DNA from: Alphaproteobacteria bacterium
GTDB taxonomy: Bacteria; Pseudomonadota; Alphaproteobacteria; UBA6615
Direction of reading: 5' to 3'
Assembly (NCBI GenBank): GCA_011087645.1
Contig: JAALLF010000014.1
Location: 22,817 to 86,816 of the forward strand
Length of the DNA stretch: 64,000 nt
The position numbers and the translations under genes are program-made. The notes under the pieces were generated by a model. That model was given only the letters and a program-made list of their open reading frames with translations, ran no database searches and was not told where the DNA came from. Every line of letters begins with the position of its first letter. The first letter of the stretch is position 1. Below, one piece after another: positions 8,976 through 17,714 of the stretch.

Positions 8976-10103
8976 ATGAGCACCGCGCCGAAAATCACCG
9001 AAAACACCCTTGTCGACCTCTCGGACGCCGCACCGCTGCGCCTGGTCGATGCGCCGCAATCGCTGCTCAAGCAATGCCTGATCGGACCCGAGACATCGAT
9101 CCACACGCTCATCGAGCGGTTTAACGCCCGCGCCGAGCAGATCGGTATTGTCGTCGACGAACAACAGCGGCTTCTGGGCACAGTAACCGACGGCGACCTG
9201 CGCCGCGGCATGCTGCGCGGGGTCACCACCGACGCACCGGTCCGCGAAATCATGAATACCGCGCCGCGCACCCTGTCGGTCGATCAGCCGCGCGACGACA
9301 TCACCAATTATATGCGCCACGAGCGGGTGCGCCATCTACCGATCGTCGATTTCGCCGGCCGCGCCGTCGACCTAATCACTCTCGACAAGCTGCTCGGCCC
9401 GGCGCCGCAGCCTTATCCGGTCGTCATCATGGCTGGTGGCGAGGGCACCCGGCTGCGCCCGCTAACCGAACATACCCCCAAGCCAATGCTCGATGTCGGC
9501 GGCCAACCCATTCTGGAAACCATTATCCGGCGTTGCGCCGCGGCTGGCTTCAGCGACTTCCACATTTCGGTTAATTATCGCGCTGACGTTATCAAGCACC
9601 ATTTCGGCAACGGTCGCCCGCTGGGTGTCGACATTAGTTATCTGGACGAAATGACCCCCCTGGGCACCGCCGGGCCTCTCGGCCAGCTTCCGACCGGACT
9701 CACCACGCCGGTGCTCGTCCTCAACGGCGATATTCTGACGAAAATGGATCCCGCCCGGGTGGTCGAGTTTCACCGGGACGCCGGCGCCGCAGCAACCATG
9801 GGCGTGCGCGAGTACGAGTTTCAAATTCCCTACGGCGTGGTCGATATCGACGACAACGAAATTCGCGGGCTGCGCGAAAAGCCGGTCTCGCGGCAATTCA
9901 TCAACGCCGGCATCTACGTGCTCGACCAGGCCGCGCTCGACCTGCTGCCGCGGGATTCGGCTTCCGACATGCCGAGCCTGTTTACCGCGTGCCGCGCCGC
10001 GGGGCTAAAGACCCTAGCTTTTCCGATCCGCGAATATTGGGTCGATATCGGCCATATCGACGATTACCGCCGGGCCAACGAAGACTATCCGGTTATTTTT
10101 TAG
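8976..10103 (+). CDS. CBS-domain sugar-phosphate nucleotidyltransferase (PtmE/LegX-like)
   Basis: GTVTDGDLRR CBS pair followed by MAGGEGTRLRPLT..PKPML, LGTAG, INAGIY, WVDIG. Confidence 0.9.
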   Translation: MSTAPKITENTLVDLSDAAPLRLVDAPQSLLKQCLIGPETSIHTLIERFNARAEQIGIVVDEQQRLLGTVTDGDLRRGMLRGVTTDAPVREIMNTAPRTLSVDQPRDDITNYMRHERVRHLPIVDFAGRAVDLITLDKLLGPAPQPYPVVIMAGGEGTRLRPLTEHTPKPMLDVGGQPILETIIRRCAAAGFSDFHISVNYRADVIKHHFGNGRPLGVDISYLDEMTPLGTAGPLGQLPTGLTTPVLVLNGDILTKMDPARVVEFHRDAGAAATMGVREYEFQIPYGVVDIDDNEIRGLREKPVSRQFINAGIYVLDQAALDLLPRDSASDMPSLFTACRAAGLKTLAFPIREYWVDIGHIDDYRRANEDYPVIF

Positions 10104-10112
10104 GCAAGAACG

Positions 10113-10985
10113 ATGGCCTCCTCACGCAAACATTTACCGGCAAACGCAAAGTCCAACCATTTCGATCCATTGGTGACCCGAGCAACCACAGATCTTGCAC
10201 AAATCGGTTACGCCCGCCTGCCGGGCTTGCTCGACCGTGCCCAGACCGACACTCTCCGGCAGCTCCTGGAAGAGCAAATCGAATGCCTGAAGGGTAGTCG
10301 ATATCCCGGTTTTTCGGAAGCGCGGCCGGACGATGGCGCGGTCTTCAATCTTCAGGCCAAAGATAAGCGTTTCATCGACGTTCTGGGCAATCCCATACTC
10401 GAACATGTCCTGGTCGCGACATTGAACGATCCGAATTATCGTCAGATTCCGGCGGGTACGCCAAACTATATTCTGGGCGGGTATAACGCGCGGGCCAGTG
10501 GCAAGGCGCTTGGGCTACATATCGATTCCTGGATACCCCTACCCGGGCCGCGAACCTTCATGGTGCAGGTGGCGTTCGTCCTCGACACGCGCGGCGAAGA
10601 GGACGGCTGTACCCTCGTCGTGCCAGGCTCACACTGCTTGGGCGAATATTCGGATCGCCAGATGAGTACGGAACCCGGGACCGGCAACGCCGTGTCGTTG
10701 ACCGCGAAACCCGGTGATGTATTGATCTGGGATTCTCGATTATGGCACGGCGCCGCGGAAAACAAATCCGACCATCAATCCTGGGTATTGGTCGCCACAA
10801 TGCAAATGTGGTGGGTCAAACCACGCACCGATATTCCGCGCACGATCCCCCCGCACATATTCGATGCTCTCAGCGATCGGCAAAAAGCGCTGATGGGATT
10901 TTGCTCTATGCCGCCGATCGACGAATTCATCAGCATCGAAGTGCGTGCAGGTTACGACATGATCCCCGAAACGTCGTTGGTCTGA
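10113..10985 (+). CDS. Phytanoyl-CoA dioxygenase (PhyH) family Fe(II)/2OG enzyme
   Basis: LHID...LWHG facial triad, GCTLVVPGSH, PGDVLIWDSRLWH. Confidence 0.85.
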   Translation: MASSRKHLPANAKSNHFDPLVTRATTDLAQIGYARLPGLLDRAQTDTLRQLLEEQIECLKGSRYPGFSEARPDDGAVFNLQAKDKRFIDVLGNPILEHVLVATLNDPNYRQIPAGTPNYILGGYNARASGKALGLHIDSWIPLPGPRTFMVQVAFVLDTRGEEDGCTLVVPGSHCLGEYSDRQMSTEPGTGNAVSLTAKPGDVLIWDSRLWHGAAENKSDHQSWVLVATMQMWWVKPRTDIPRTIPPHIFDALSDRQKALMGFCSMPPIDEFISIEVRAGYDMIPETSLV

Positions 10986-11069
10986 CGTGAGAGCGCTTAT
11001 CGCAACACAGCACGCCCATCGGAAAACTCGGCTCTGAAACTTCACATACAACCGTGAAGCGCATAAGCA

Positions 11070-12347
11070 TCACAGCTGCCAGCGCCGTACGCCATCGGGC
11101 AACGCCAGGCCACGCCACATTCCCTTGATATCGGCGACCACCAGATCGGCCGCGCCCAGGCGAAGCAGATCGTCGGCGGTGAAGATCTCGAACTCGCGGT
11201 GGCGCACCGCACCGACCACCGCATCGTAGCCTCTGGCATTGTCCAGACTGGCTAACAGGTCGAGACCATATTGCGCCTTCGCCTCGCCCGCATCGGCCTG
11301 GGGGTCGTACACATCGACGGCATGACCGCGCGCTGTGAGGGCGGCAATGACATCGATGACTTTTGAATTGCGCAGGTCGGGTACATTTTCCTTGAAGGTC
11401 AGCCCCAGCACCAAGACACGCCCGGTCTCGCGCGCCATGGCGGCGTCCACATTGTCGGCGACATAAGCGCCCACACCGTCATTGATGCGCCGACCCGCCA
11501 GGATGATTTCGGGATGATGGCCCGCCTGTTCGGCCGCGTGGGCCAGATAATAGGGATCGACACCAATACAATGTCCGCCGACAAGGCCGGGGCGAAACGG
11601 CAGGAAATTCCACTTCGTATTGGCCGCGTCGAGCACATCGCTGGCGTTTATCTCCAATCTGCCGAGGATCATCGCCACTTCATTGACGAAGGCGATGTTG
11701 ATATCGCGTTGGGCATTTTCGATAACCTTGGCGGCTTCCGCCGTGCGGATATCCGGGGCGCGGTGAATATCGCCGCCGTTGATAGCGCCGTAAATCGCTG
11801 CAAGCCGCTCGACGACCTCCGGGGTTTGCCCGGCCACGATCTTGGTGATTCGGTCGACGGTATGTTCCCGGTCGCCGGGATTGATTCGCTCGGGTGAGTA
11901 GCCAAGGAAAAAGTCCTCGCCGCAGACAAGGCCCGACGCGCGCTCCAGCGCGGGCCCGCAGATATCTTCGGTGACCCCCGGATAGACCGTGGATTCGTAG
12001 ACCACGATGGCGCCGGGCTGAAGCGCGGCGCCCACAGTCTCGCTCGCCGCCACAACCGCCGATAAATCCGGCTCATTGTCCCCTCCGACCGGCGTCGGCA
12101 CGGTAATGATCAAAACACTGGAGCCATCGATTTTCGCCGGATCGTCGGTCAATTCCAGTGTGCTCAACGCAAGCGCGGCGGCAGTGACTTCCGAAGTTCT
12201 GTCAAAGCCGCGCTTGAGCTCGGCGATGCGCTCGGCGCTGATATCGAAGCCCAGTACAGGGCCGTGCTTGGCCAAGGCCATCGCTAACGGCAGGCCGACA
12301 TATCCCAGACCGACGACACTTACTGTCTCCGCGCCGCTCATCATCAC
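11070..12347 (-). CDS. Nucleotide-sugar 6-dehydrogenase (UDP-GlcNAc/GalNAc dehydrogenase, TviB/WbpO-like)
   Basis: VVGLGYVGLP, TVPTP, ESTVYPG, YSPERINPGD, ENAQRDINIA, GGHCIGVDPYY, TFKENVPDLRNS. Confidence 0.92.
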   Translation of the reverse strand: MMMSGAETVSVVGLGYVGLPLAMALAKHGPVLGFDISAERIAELKRGFDRTSEVTAAALALSTLELTDDPAKIDGSSVLIITVPTPVGGDNEPDLSAVVAASETVGAALQPGAIVVYESTVYPGVTEDICGPALERASGLVCGEDFFLGYSPERINPGDREHTVDRITKIVAGQTPEVVERLAAIYGAINGGDIHRAPDIRTAEAAKVIENAQRDINIAFVNEVAMILGRLEINASDVLDAANTKWNFLPFRPGLVGGHCIGVDPYYLAHAAEQAGHHPEIILAGRRINDGVGAYVADNVDAAMARETGRVLVLGLTFKENVPDLRNSKVIDVIAALTARGHAVDVYDPQADAGEAKAQYGLDLLASLDNARGYDAVVGAVRHREFEIFTADDLLRLGAADLVVADIKGMWRGLALPDGVRRWQL

Positions 12348-12560
12348 CTCAACTCACTCAGGTTTTCTCACGGTCGATAAAGAGTTTCCGCCGCCCCCAG
12401 GCCTCATAACCGAGGAAGGGTTGCAAGAAAACAGCATATGCGCGTATACGCGATAAAACTCAAAACCGCCATCAACGAGTCGGGCGTAAAGAAATATTTC
12501 ACTTCTGATAGGACAAATAGCGATCCCTGCCGCTTTTTTTCAATAATTACAGTCAATCCC

Positions 12561-13355
12561 ATGAACCGCCTCGACCGACTGGAAGCCCATAGCATCTATA
12601 TTTTGCGCGAAGCCTATAAACAGGCCCAGCCCCTGGCGATGCTGTGGTCGATTGGCAAGGACTCAAACGTCGTAACGTGGCTGGCCCGTAAGGCGTTTTT
12701 TGGCCGCGTCCCCTTTCCCGCCGTCCAATTGGACACCGGCATGGAACTCGACGAGGTCTACGCCTACCGCGATAAATACGTGCCCGAATGGGGCCTCGAT
12801 CTGCGCGTCATCGACTGCCCGCCGGAATCGGAAATGGACCCGGACCTACCGCCAATGACCCGTTCGGCGGCGCGCAAGAGCGCGGGCCTGCGCCAATTGC
12901 TGGAACAGGGCAAATACGCCGGCATTATCGTCGGCATTCGCCGCGATGAAGAGGCGACCCGCGCGAAGGAACGAGTGTTCAGCCCGCGCAGCGTCGACGG
13001 CGCGTGGGAATTCCGTGACCAGCCGCCGGAGTTTTGGGACCAGTTTATGACCCAGCCGCCGCCGGATACCCATCTGCGCATTCACCCGCTGCTACACTGG
13101 ACCGAGGTCGATGTGTGGCGCTACACCGAGCGCGAGGGCATCCCTGTCAACTCGCTCTATTTCGCGCGCGACGGCAAACGCTACCGCTCGCTGGGCGAAA
13201 AGAATATCACCGCGCCGGTGGATAGCGACGCGGCGACCATCGAAGAAATTATCGCCGAGCTCGAGACCACCCGCACACCGGAACGCGCCGGGCGGTTGAT
13301 GGACAGCGAGTCGGAGGATTCCTTCGAGCGCCTACGCACCTCGGGTTATATGTGA
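12561..13355 (+). CDS. cysD: Sulfate adenylyltransferase subunit 2 (CysD/NodP)
   Basis: [55 protein letters not shown]; start moved to ATG 12561. Confidence 0.93.
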   Translation: MNRLDRLEAHSIYILREAYKQAQPLAMLWSIGKDSNVVTWLARKAFFGRVPFPAVQLDTGMELDEVYAYRDKYVPEWGLDLRVIDCPPESEMDPDLPPMTRSAARKSAGLRQLLEQGKYAGIIVGIRRDEEATRAKERVFSPRSVDGAWEFRDQPPEFWDQFMTQPPPDTHLRIHPLLHWTEVDVWRYTEREGIPVNSLYFARDGKRYRSLGEKNITAPVDSDAATIEEIIAELETTRTPERAGRLMDSESEDSFERLRTSGYM

Positions 13356-15256
13356 TGAACAAGGCGATCAAACCGGCAGCCCCGGTAACAACCTTGTCAG
13401 CGGCGAAAGAGCAGTTGCGCGTGGTCATTGTCGGCCATGTGGACCATGGCAAGTCGACATTGGTCGGGCGGCTTTTCCACGACACGGGCATGCTACCCGA
13501 GGGCAAGTTCGAAGCCATCGAAGAGATGTGCCGGCGCCGCGGCATGCCGTTCGAATGGGCCTTCCTGATGGACAGCCTCAAGGCCGAGCGCGACCAGGGC
13601 GTTACCATCGACACTTCGCAGATTTGGTTCAACCATGGCGAGCGCGAATACGTCCTGATCGACGCGCCCGGCCACCGCGAGTTCATTCGCAATATGGTGA
13701 CCGGCGCCTCGAACGCCGACGCCGCACTGCTGCTGATCGATGCAGATCAAGGGGTGCGCAGCCAGTCGCGCCACCATGGCTATCTGCTGCAGCTGCTCGG
13801 CGTCCGCCAGGTCGCCGTCGTGGTGAACAAGATGGATTTGATCGGCTACGACGAAGAGAAATTCCACGCCATCGAGCAGGAATACCGCAACTATCTAGAA
13901 GGGCTCGGCGTGACGCCGACTTGTGTCATTCCGATCTCGGCGCGCGACGGCGACAATATCGCCAGCGCGTCCGATAATCTGGCCTGGCACAAGGGGCCGA
14001 CAGTGCTCGGCGCGCTGGCGGGGTTCGCTCCGCCGCTGGGCAACGAAGACGCCCCCCTGCGTCTGCCCTTGCAGGACGTCTACAAGTTCGATGATCGGCG
14101 GATTTTCGCCGGCCGCATCGAAAGCGGCCGGTTCAAAGTCGGCGATGAACTTTTATTTTCGCCGAGCAACCGCACCGCCCATGTCGCTTCGATCGAAGCC
14201 TGGAACACGCCGGCGCCGGTTACGCAAGCCAGCGCCGGCTCGTCAGTTGGCTTTACCCTGGACGAGCAGATCTTCGCCGAACGCTGCGAAGTGGTCAGCC
14301 ATCTCGACAACGCGCCGGTTGAAACCGATGTCTTTCACGTGCGCCTATTCTGGCTGTCGGCGCGGCCTCTCAAGGTTGGTGATAGCGTCACTTTGAAAAT
14401 AGGACCGGCGGCGGTGCGGTCCACGATCGAGCAGATCGAGCGGGTCATCGATGTCGATGCGCTAACCGACCGAAGCGCTGAGAGCATTGCTCGCGACGAG
14501 ATCGCCGACATTATCGTGCGCACCACCCAGCTTGTCGCTATCGACCCCCACCAAGATCTGCCGCGCACCGGCCGGGTCGTCTTCACCGACCGCCACGAGA
14601 CTTTGGGCGGCGGCATCGTCTCAATGGAACATTATCCCGATCAGCGCAAAATGGTCACGGTGCGGGCCACCAACGTCACCGCCGAAGCCCATCGGGTGAC
14701 AACGGCCCAGCGTGTCGAACGCAATCTGCACAATCCCGGCGTGCTGTGGTTCACCGGCCTGTCGGGATCGGGTAAATCAACCTTGGCGATGGCGCTGGAA
14801 CAGCGCCTGTTCGACCAGGGTTACCAGGTCTATGTGCTCGACGGCGATAATGTGCGCGGCGGCTTGAACGCCAATTTAGGCTTCTCGCCCGAGGATCGGG
14901 CGGAAAACATTCGCCGGGTCGGCGAAGTGGCGGCCCTGCTGGCCGATGCCGGCGTCATCGTCATCACCGCGTTCATCTCGCCCTACCGGGCCGACCGCGA
15001 ACGCGCCCGCGCCGCGGCGGGAGACGGGTTTCATGAGATTTATATCGAGGCCGATCTCGAAACCTGCGAATCGCGCGATCCCAAAGGTCTGTATAAACGC
15101 GCGCGCAGCGGCGAAATCTCCGAGTTCACCGGCATCACCGCGCCCTACGAGGCGCCCGATAAGCCCAATCTGGTGATCGACACCGCCGCCCACGATATCA
15201 ACACCTGTATCGACCAGCTGGTGGCCTATATCGCGGAGAATTTCCGGCGCAGCTAA
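13352..15256 (+). CDS. cysNC: Bifunctional sulfate adenylyltransferase subunit 1 / APS kinase (CysNC/NodQ)
   Basis: [14 protein letters not shown] and NKMD GTPase motifs plus C-terminal [26 protein letters not shown]. Confidence 0.95.
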   Translation: MMNKAIKPAAPVTTLSAAKEQLRVVIVGHVDHGKSTLVGRLFHDTGMLPEGKFEAIEEMCRRRGMPFEWAFLMDSLKAERDQGVTIDTSQIWFNHGEREYVLIDAPGHREFIRNMVTGASNADAALLLIDADQGVRSQSRHHGYLLQLLGVRQVAVVVNKMDLIGYDEEKFHAIEQEYRNYLEGLGVTPTCVIPISARDGDNIASASDNLAWHKGPTVLGALAGFAPPLGNEDAPLRLPLQDVYKFDDRRIFAGRIESGRFKVGDELLFSPSNRTAHVASIEAWNTPAPVTQASAGSSVGFTLDEQIFAERCEVVSHLDNAPVETDVFHVRLFWLSARPLKVGDSVTLKIGPAAVRSTIEQIERVIDVDALTDRSAESIARDEIADIIVRTTQLVAIDPHQDLPRTGRVVFTDRHETLGGGIVSMEHYPDQRKMVTVRATNVTAEAHRVTTAQRVERNLHNPGVLWFTGLSGSGKSTLAMALEQRLFDQGYQVYVLDGDNVRGGLNANLGFSPEDRAENIRRVGEVAALLADAGVIVITAFISPYRADRERARAAAGDGFHEIYIEADLETCESRDPKGLYKRARSGEISEFTGITAPYEAPDKPNLVIDTAAHDINTCIDQLVAYIAENFRRS

Positions 15257-15306
15257 GCACCCGCAAAGCGTTAACAGAATTCTAACAAGTCACTGTATTT
15301 GCTAAT

Positions 15307-15369
15307 GTTCTAGACATGAACGCGCTTGACTAGCGAGTCGATTGAGGCTATAGCGTTCATGTTATGAAC
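15307..15369 (+). promoter_or_regulatory. Sigma70 promoter TTGACT-N17-TATAGC flanked by two GTTC-N7-GAAC palindromic operators
   Basis: -35 at 15326-15331, -10 at 15349-15354; GTTCtagacatGAAC at 15307-15321 and GTTCATgttATGAAC at 15355-15369. Confidence 0.7.
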
Positions 15370-15389
15370 ATGGCCGGAAGCGAATTGCT

Positions 15390-16049
15390 GTGACCCCTGC
15401 GGATTCAATCGGCGACGAACGCCATTCGGATACCGACACCACGTTGCGCATTCTCGACGCCGTGGCTCGTGACGGCGATCAAAGCCAGCGCGCTATGGCC
15501 GGCGAAACCGGGGTCGCGCTTGGGCTCGCTAACGCCTATTTGCGCCGCTGCGCCCGCAAGGGTTGGATTAAGATGCGCGAAGCACCAGCCCGGCGCTATC
15601 TCTATTACATTACGCCCCAGGGGTTTGCCGAAAAGGCGCGGCTGACGGCGGAGTATTTGTCCACCTCCTTCGATATGTTTCGCGCCGCCCGCGGCCAATG
15701 CGATGAGATGATCGCGGCCTGCGATCGCCAGGGAATTCGAAAAATCGCGCTCATCGGCGCTGGCGATCTGGCCGAAGTGGCGGCGCTATCGGCGCTCGGA
15801 TCGGAGGTTGAAATCGTCGCGGTAATTGACCCCAAGTCAAACCAGCCCAGGCTTGCGGGCTTGCCGGTGGTGCGCTCACTCGATGAGATCGGCCCCGTCG
15901 ACGCGGTGGTCGTCACCGACATCGTCGAACCCCAAGCCACCTATGAGGCGCTGGCCAAGTCGTGGCCGGCGGGACAGCTCTTCGCCCCGCCCCTGCTGCG
16001 GATCGCGCACGACACCAACGACCGGCCGCCATGGGACGAAACGCCATGA
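15390..16049 (+). CDS. Winged-HTH (MarR-like, EPS-associated) transcriptional regulator with Rossmann-like C-domain
   Basis: SQRAMAGETGVALGLANAYLRRCARKG, RYLYYITPQGFAEKARLT, IALIGAGDLAE. Confidence 0.85.
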   Translation: MTPADSIGDERHSDTDTTLRILDAVARDGDQSQRAMAGETGVALGLANAYLRRCARKGWIKMREAPARRYLYYITPQGFAEKARLTAEYLSTSFDMFRAARGQCDEMIAACDRQGIRKIALIGAGDLAEVAALSALGSEVEIVAVIDPKSNQPRLAGLPVVRSLDEIGPVDAVVVTDIVEPQATYEALAKSWPAGQLFAPPLLRIAHDTNDRPPWDETP

Positions 16050-16546
16050 ACCGTTGGTATATCGTCCACACCCAGCCCAACGGCGAGGAACGCGCCCGAC
16101 ACAATCTCGAACGCCAGGGCTTCGCCGTCTATCTACCGAAATACCTTAAGCATCGCCGCCACGCGCGGCGCACTGAGCATGTACGTCGGCCGCTCTTTCC
16201 GCGATATTTGTTTGTCCGTTTCGATCCTGAACGTGCCCAATGGCGCTCGATCAACGGCACTTTCGGGGTGGCGTATTTAGTCGCAAACGGCAACGAACCA
16301 ACGCCCGTGCCCGATGAGATAATCGAGGCCATTCAAGCGCGCCACGACAGTGATGACTTGGTTGTGCTGCACGCGCTGGACTCTTTCGAGCGCGGCCAGA
16401 AACTAGACATCGTCGACGGCCCGTTTGCCTGGCGCACCGGGTTCTTCCAACGCTTGAGCGACAACGACCGCGTGGTTTTGCTGCTCAATCTGCTGGGCCG
16501 GCAAGTCACTGTAACGGTTCCGCCCGAAGCGGTCGCGGCGGCGTAA
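16046..16546 (+). CDS. rfaH: RfaH-type NusG-paralog transcription antiterminator
   Basis: WYIVHTQP, NLERQG, PLFPRYLFV, WRSINGTFGV (NGN domain) and DGPF, RVVLLLNLLG (KOW domain); ATG 16046 overlaps the regulator stop. Confidence 0.88.
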   Translation: MNRWYIVHTQPNGEERARHNLERQGFAVYLPKYLKHRRHARRTEHVRRPLFPRYLFVRFDPERAQWRSINGTFGVAYLVANGNEPTPVPDEIIEAIQARHDSDDLVVLHALDSFERGQKLDIVDGPFAWRTGFFQRLSDNDRVVLLLNLLGRQVTVTVPPEAVAAA

Positions 16547-16611
16547 TACCGGCCGGCGAATTGCCGGCTGCCTATCCCTTTGCGGGCCGGATGACACGCT
16601 GTCACCCGGAC

Positions 16612-16623
16612 TGCGGTAGCGTG
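16612..16623 (+). promoter_or_regulatory. ops-like element (RfaH recruitment site)
   Basis: tGCGGTAGCGTG, an 11/12 match to GGCGGTAGCGTG, on the non-template strand between rfaH and pseB. Confidence 0.65.
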
Positions 16624-16667
16624 GGAAACCTCGTTAAATTCTCCTTCACGAATTGAGTTGATGTCCC

Positions 16668-17714
16668 TTGAGCAAATCTGAACAGCCGTCTCTGGTTCAC
16701 ACCTTCGACTCGCCGATGCCCGATTTCGATGGCGCCTCTATTCTGGTTACCGGCGGCACCGGATCCTTCGGCAAGGCGTTCGTGCACGCGGTGCTGCAAA
16801 AATTCCAGCCGCTAAAACTCATTATTTTCTCGCGCGATGAGCTGAAGCAGTTTGACATGCAGCAGGATGCGCGGTTCCGCGACCATGATTGCTTGCGCTA
16901 TTTTATTGGTGACGTGCGCGATTCCGACCGGCTGGAACTGGCCTTTCGCGAGATCGATATCGTGGTGCACGCCGCGGCGCTCAAGCAAATAACCACCGCA
17001 GAATACAATCCGATCGAATGTATAAAAACCAACGTCCACGGCGCCGAAAATGTCGTCATGGCGGCGATCCGCAGCGGCGTGAAAAAGGTGATGGCGCTAT
17101 CGACCGACAAGGCAGTCAACCCGGCAAACCTGTATGGCGCCAGCAAACTGGCCGCCGACAAGATCTTCATCGCCGCGAATAATTTGAGCGGCCGCGGCGG
17201 TACGGCATTCTCGGTAGTGCGCTATGGCAACGTGATCGATTCCCGCGGCAGTGTGGTGCCGCATTTCCGCCGGCTCATCGAGGAAGGCGCAACCAGTCTG
17301 CCCATCACCGACGAGCGCATGACGCGGTTCTGGATGACTTTGGATCAGGGCGTACATTTTGTGCTGTCGAGCATATCGCTCATGGAAAGCGGCGAAATAT
17401 TTGTTCCCAAGCTGCCCAGTATGACGGTCTGCGACGTTGCGCTGGCGATGGCGCCGGATTTGCCCCATGAAGTGGTTGGCATCCGCATCGGCGAGAAGCT
17501 GCACGAGGTGCTCATCACCGAAGCCGACACGCGATACACTATCGAAATCGACGACCGCTACGTCATCTTGCCAGCCGCACTCGATGGCGAAGCAAAGGTC
17601 CGGGGGGCATGGGCCGGGGTGACGCCCATCAAAGACGGCTCGCGTTATGCCAGCGACACCAACCCCGATTGGCTCGCGGTCGAGCAATTTCGCGCGCTGC
17701 TCGGAACCGATTGA
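16668..17714 (+). CDS. pseB: UDP-GlcNAc 4,6-dehydratase (inverting)
   Basis: [69 protein letters not shown]; true start may be ATG 16716. Confidence 0.92.
   Translation: MSKSEQPSLVHTFDSPMPDFDGASILVTGGTGSFGKAFVHAVLQKFQPLKLIIFSRDELKQFDMQQDARFRDHDCLRYFIGDVRDSDRLELAFREIDIVVHAAALKQITTAEYNPIECIKTNVHGAENVVMAAIRSGVKKVMALSTDKAVNPANLYGASKLAADKIFIAANNLSGRGGTAFSVVRYGNVIDSRGSVVPHFRRLIEEGATSLPITDERMTRFWMTLDQGVHFVLSSISLMESGEIFVPKLPSMTVCDVALAMAPDLPHEVVGIRIGEKLHEVLITEADTRYTIEIDDRYVILPAALDGEAKVRGAWAGVTPIKDGSRYASDTNPDWLAVEQFRALLGTD

Noticed and set aside
15307-15369. Possible LexA (SOS) boxes
   Set aside because: Alphaproteobacterial LexA binds direct repeats GTTC-N7-GTTC; these are inverted GTTC-N7-GAAC, so assigned to the adjacent regulator
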